Part shown: one piece after another, positions 62,106-64,000 of the stretch | Numbering within the stretch: position 1 is the first letter of the stretch | Layout: the number at the start of each line of letters is the position of its first letter | Assembly (NCBI GenBank): GCA_963749915.1 | Contig: CAVVOP010000019.1 | Coordinates: 64,001-128,000, forward strand | DNA length: 64,000 nucleotides | Origin: an uncultured cyanobacterium | GTDB lineage: Bacteria > Cyanobacteriota > Cyanobacteriia > Cyanobacteriales > Cyanobacteriaceae | Direction: 5' to 3' | Made by a program: the position numbers and the translations under genes | The notes under the pieces: model-generated | What the model was told of the DNA's origin: nothing | Seen by the model: the letters and a program-made list of their open reading frames with translations, nothing else | The model's database searches: none

Positions 62106-63176
62106 ATGACTAATAATTATGATTTAGAAAAAATCTTCAGTTATGTACAAAAATTAGAGAAAAGAATTACTAAATTAGAATCAGAAAAAGCAATAATTGT
62201 TCATGGTCATTTAGCAAGTCAATCAGCAAAATCCCTGACAATTTCTTTGAATCAATTAATTAATGTTTATAACGATGTTTCTCATATTTTAGATGTTTAT
62301 GCTGTAACAGTTTCTTTATCCGCCGATAGTTATCGTCAACAAGTAAAAGATCAAGTTATATTAAATCAAGTAACAAGAGGAAATTATTGGGTTATTTTAT
62401 TGGAAAATGAAGAAGGAAAAAACTATTATTTATTACCCAATGCTAATATTAAACTCAGAATATACAGATTAAAAACTATCAGTAATTTATTTGCAATCAA
62501 AGGTGAAAATGATGGAAAACAAGAAGAATTTACTTTAATTAAACCTGCTAAATTAGAAATTTTATCCAGTGGTAATGAGTGGAGAATCAAGGAAAAAGGA
62601 GAGTTATTTTTAGGTAAGAAAAGCTCTACCCAAAGGTTAGTATCAGAGTTAGAAAAATTTACCGCACATGAAGACAAAATTCCCGCTAGTTTACAACAAT
62701 TGTTAAAAATTTTAACCAAAATAAATCAAGGTAATTCTCAGTTAGCCAAAGAGATTGAATTATTAGATAGTAGATTACAAAAATTAGAGCCTCAATACGT
62801 TAGGTTAATTAATTTATATTATAAGAATCCCCAAAAATTTGCTCAGTTAGAAGGAGGTAGTCAACGATTAAAAGTAACAAAACAGACGATTAAAGATTTT
62901 ATTCAAAATACCATGAATTCCGTTTATTTAGAAGTTAATGAAGCTGGAGAATATTTACTTAAAAAAGGAGAAAAAGATGAATATTTATTTCCAGATCCTC
63001 TCTTAATTTTTGATAAAATGACTTTATTATTTGCCCGTCAAGGAAAATTATTTATCATTGAAAATGAAATACCGATCGCGATTTTGGGCAAGGATATGAA
63101 AATCAAAAAACCTGCTAAGGTAAGAAAAAATGGTGATGTTTGGTTATTAATTGAATCGGGAGAAATAAGTTTATAA
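62106..63176 (+). CDS. Tubulin-locus accessory protein D: two copies of the repeated domain joined by a coiled coil
   Basis: Two IKPAK(L/V)..W..I..GE motifs; N half resembles protein A and C half resembles protein B. Confidence 0.78.
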   Translation: MTNNYDLEKIFSYVQKLEKRITKLESEKAIIVHGHLASQSAKSLTISLNQLINVYNDVSHILDVYAVTVSLSADSYRQQVKDQVILNQVTRGNYWVILLENEEGKNYYLLPNANIKLRIYRLKTISNLFAIKGENDGKQEEFTLIKPAKLEILSSGNEWRIKEKGELFLGKKSSTQRLVSELEKFTAHEDKIPASLQQLLKILTKINQGNSQLAKEIELLDSRLQKLEPQYVRLINLYYKNPQKFAQLEGGSQRLKVTKQTIKDFIQNTMNSVYLEVNEAGEYLLKKGEKDEYLFPDPLLIFDKMTLLFARQGKLFIIENEIPIAILGKDMKIKKPAKVRKNGDVWLLIESGEISL

Positions 63177-63363
63177 CAATTCTAAGTATAGCTATTCGCC
63201 ATGTGGTATTGACAATTTAATGATCAACTTACCTGAGTGAACTATAAAATTGTTGATAAGGGGAGGTAATAGGTAATGGCTAATGGGTAATAGGTTCGAG
63301 AATTTAGATAAACTCTTTCATTTATCCAAGTATAAGACTAAGATAAACACCTTAATTTATAAG

Positions 63364-64000
63364 CTATGCCTTACCCATAAGTGCTGAAATACCTACTATG
63401 ATTGTATTCTAGAAAAGTTAGTTTAAAGGAGAAAAATCATGCAATCATGGGCAGCAGAAGAACTAGAATACACTAATTTACCGGACAAACGATTAAACCA
63501 AAGATTGATAAAAATTGTGGAACAAGCAAGTGCGCAACCTGAGGCAAGCGTTCCTCAAGCAAGTGGTGATTGGGCTAATACTAAAGCCACTTATAATTTC
63601 TGGAATTCAGAAAAGTTTAGCAGTGAAGATATAATTGATGGTCATCGACTCAAAACAGCACAAAGAGCTTCACAGGAGGATGTAATCCTAGCCATACAAG
63701 ACACCAGTGACTTTAATTTTACTCATCACTTGAGCAAAAATTGGGACAAAGGCTTTGGACAAACCTGTTCTCAAAAATATGTGAGAGGGCTAAAAGTCCA
63801 TTCAACCCTTGCCGTCAGTTCACAAGGAGTTCCCTTAGGAATTTTAGACCTACAAATCTGGACCAGAGAGCCCAAGAAAAAGCGCAAGAAAAAGAAATCA
63901 AAAAGTAATACCAGTATTTTCCACAAAGAAAGTAAAAGATGGCTGAGAGGATTAGTTGATGCTGAATTGAATGGCGCTGACTTAGCCATTCCATCAACGA
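63364..64000 (+). mobile_element. IS4-family (IS50/Tn5-like) element, runs off the window
   Basis: Probable left IR CTATGCCTTACCCATAAGT at 63364-63382, resembling the IS50 outside end. Confidence 0.8.
63439..64000 (+). CDS. IS4-family transposase (partial; not in the ORF track)
   Basis: Manual translation MQSWAAEEL..DKRLNQRL..SVPQA..AIQDTS..GLKVHS..KESKRW; open to the window edge. Confidence 0.9.
   Translation, partial: MQSWAAEELEYTNLPDKRLNQRLIKIVEQASAQPEASVPQASGDWANTKATYNFWNSEKFSSEDIIDGHRLKTAQRASQEDVILAIQDTSDFNFTHHLSKNWDKGFGQTCSQKYVRGLKVHSTLAVSSQGVPLGILDLQIWTREPKKKRKKKKSKSNTSIFHKESKRWLRGLVDAELNGADLAIPST

Noticed and set aside
63771..63997. Minus-strand ORFs at the right edge
   Set aside because: Antisense to the IS4 transposase.

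Overview
Low-GC cyanobacterial chromosomal DNA: HIP1 GCGATCGC sites, 7-mer STRR repeats, gun4/crr6/hemA/gltB; Geminocystis/Cyanobacterium-like is an inference only. The window has three zones. (1) About 1-25.4 kb is ordinary housekeeping genes, ending in a WecA/MraY-family transferase. (2) About 25.5-51 kb is a decaying accessory mosaic. It holds surface-polysaccharide gene fragments, IS66/ISAs1/IS701-like/ISAzo13/IS4/IS1634 elements and MITEs (one nest three levels deep, carrying a four-helix-bundle gene), Uma2/Rpn/DUF3782 nucleases, and a broken type I R-M operon packed with toxin-antitoxin pairs, including a VapC-HsdS fusion. (3) About 51.3-63.2 kb is an apparently intact 8-gene divergent locus and the best candidate for a poorly described system. 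It encodes a divergent tubulin/FtsZ-like GTPase, a 1096-aa actin/Hsp70-fold protein, a 4-TM protein, a MIDAS/vWA-like lipoprotein, and four coiled-coil proteins that share five copies of an unrecognised ~120-aa domain in different membrane topologies. An IS4 (IS50-like) transposase runs off the right edge. All family assignments come from motif recognition by eye; no searches were run.
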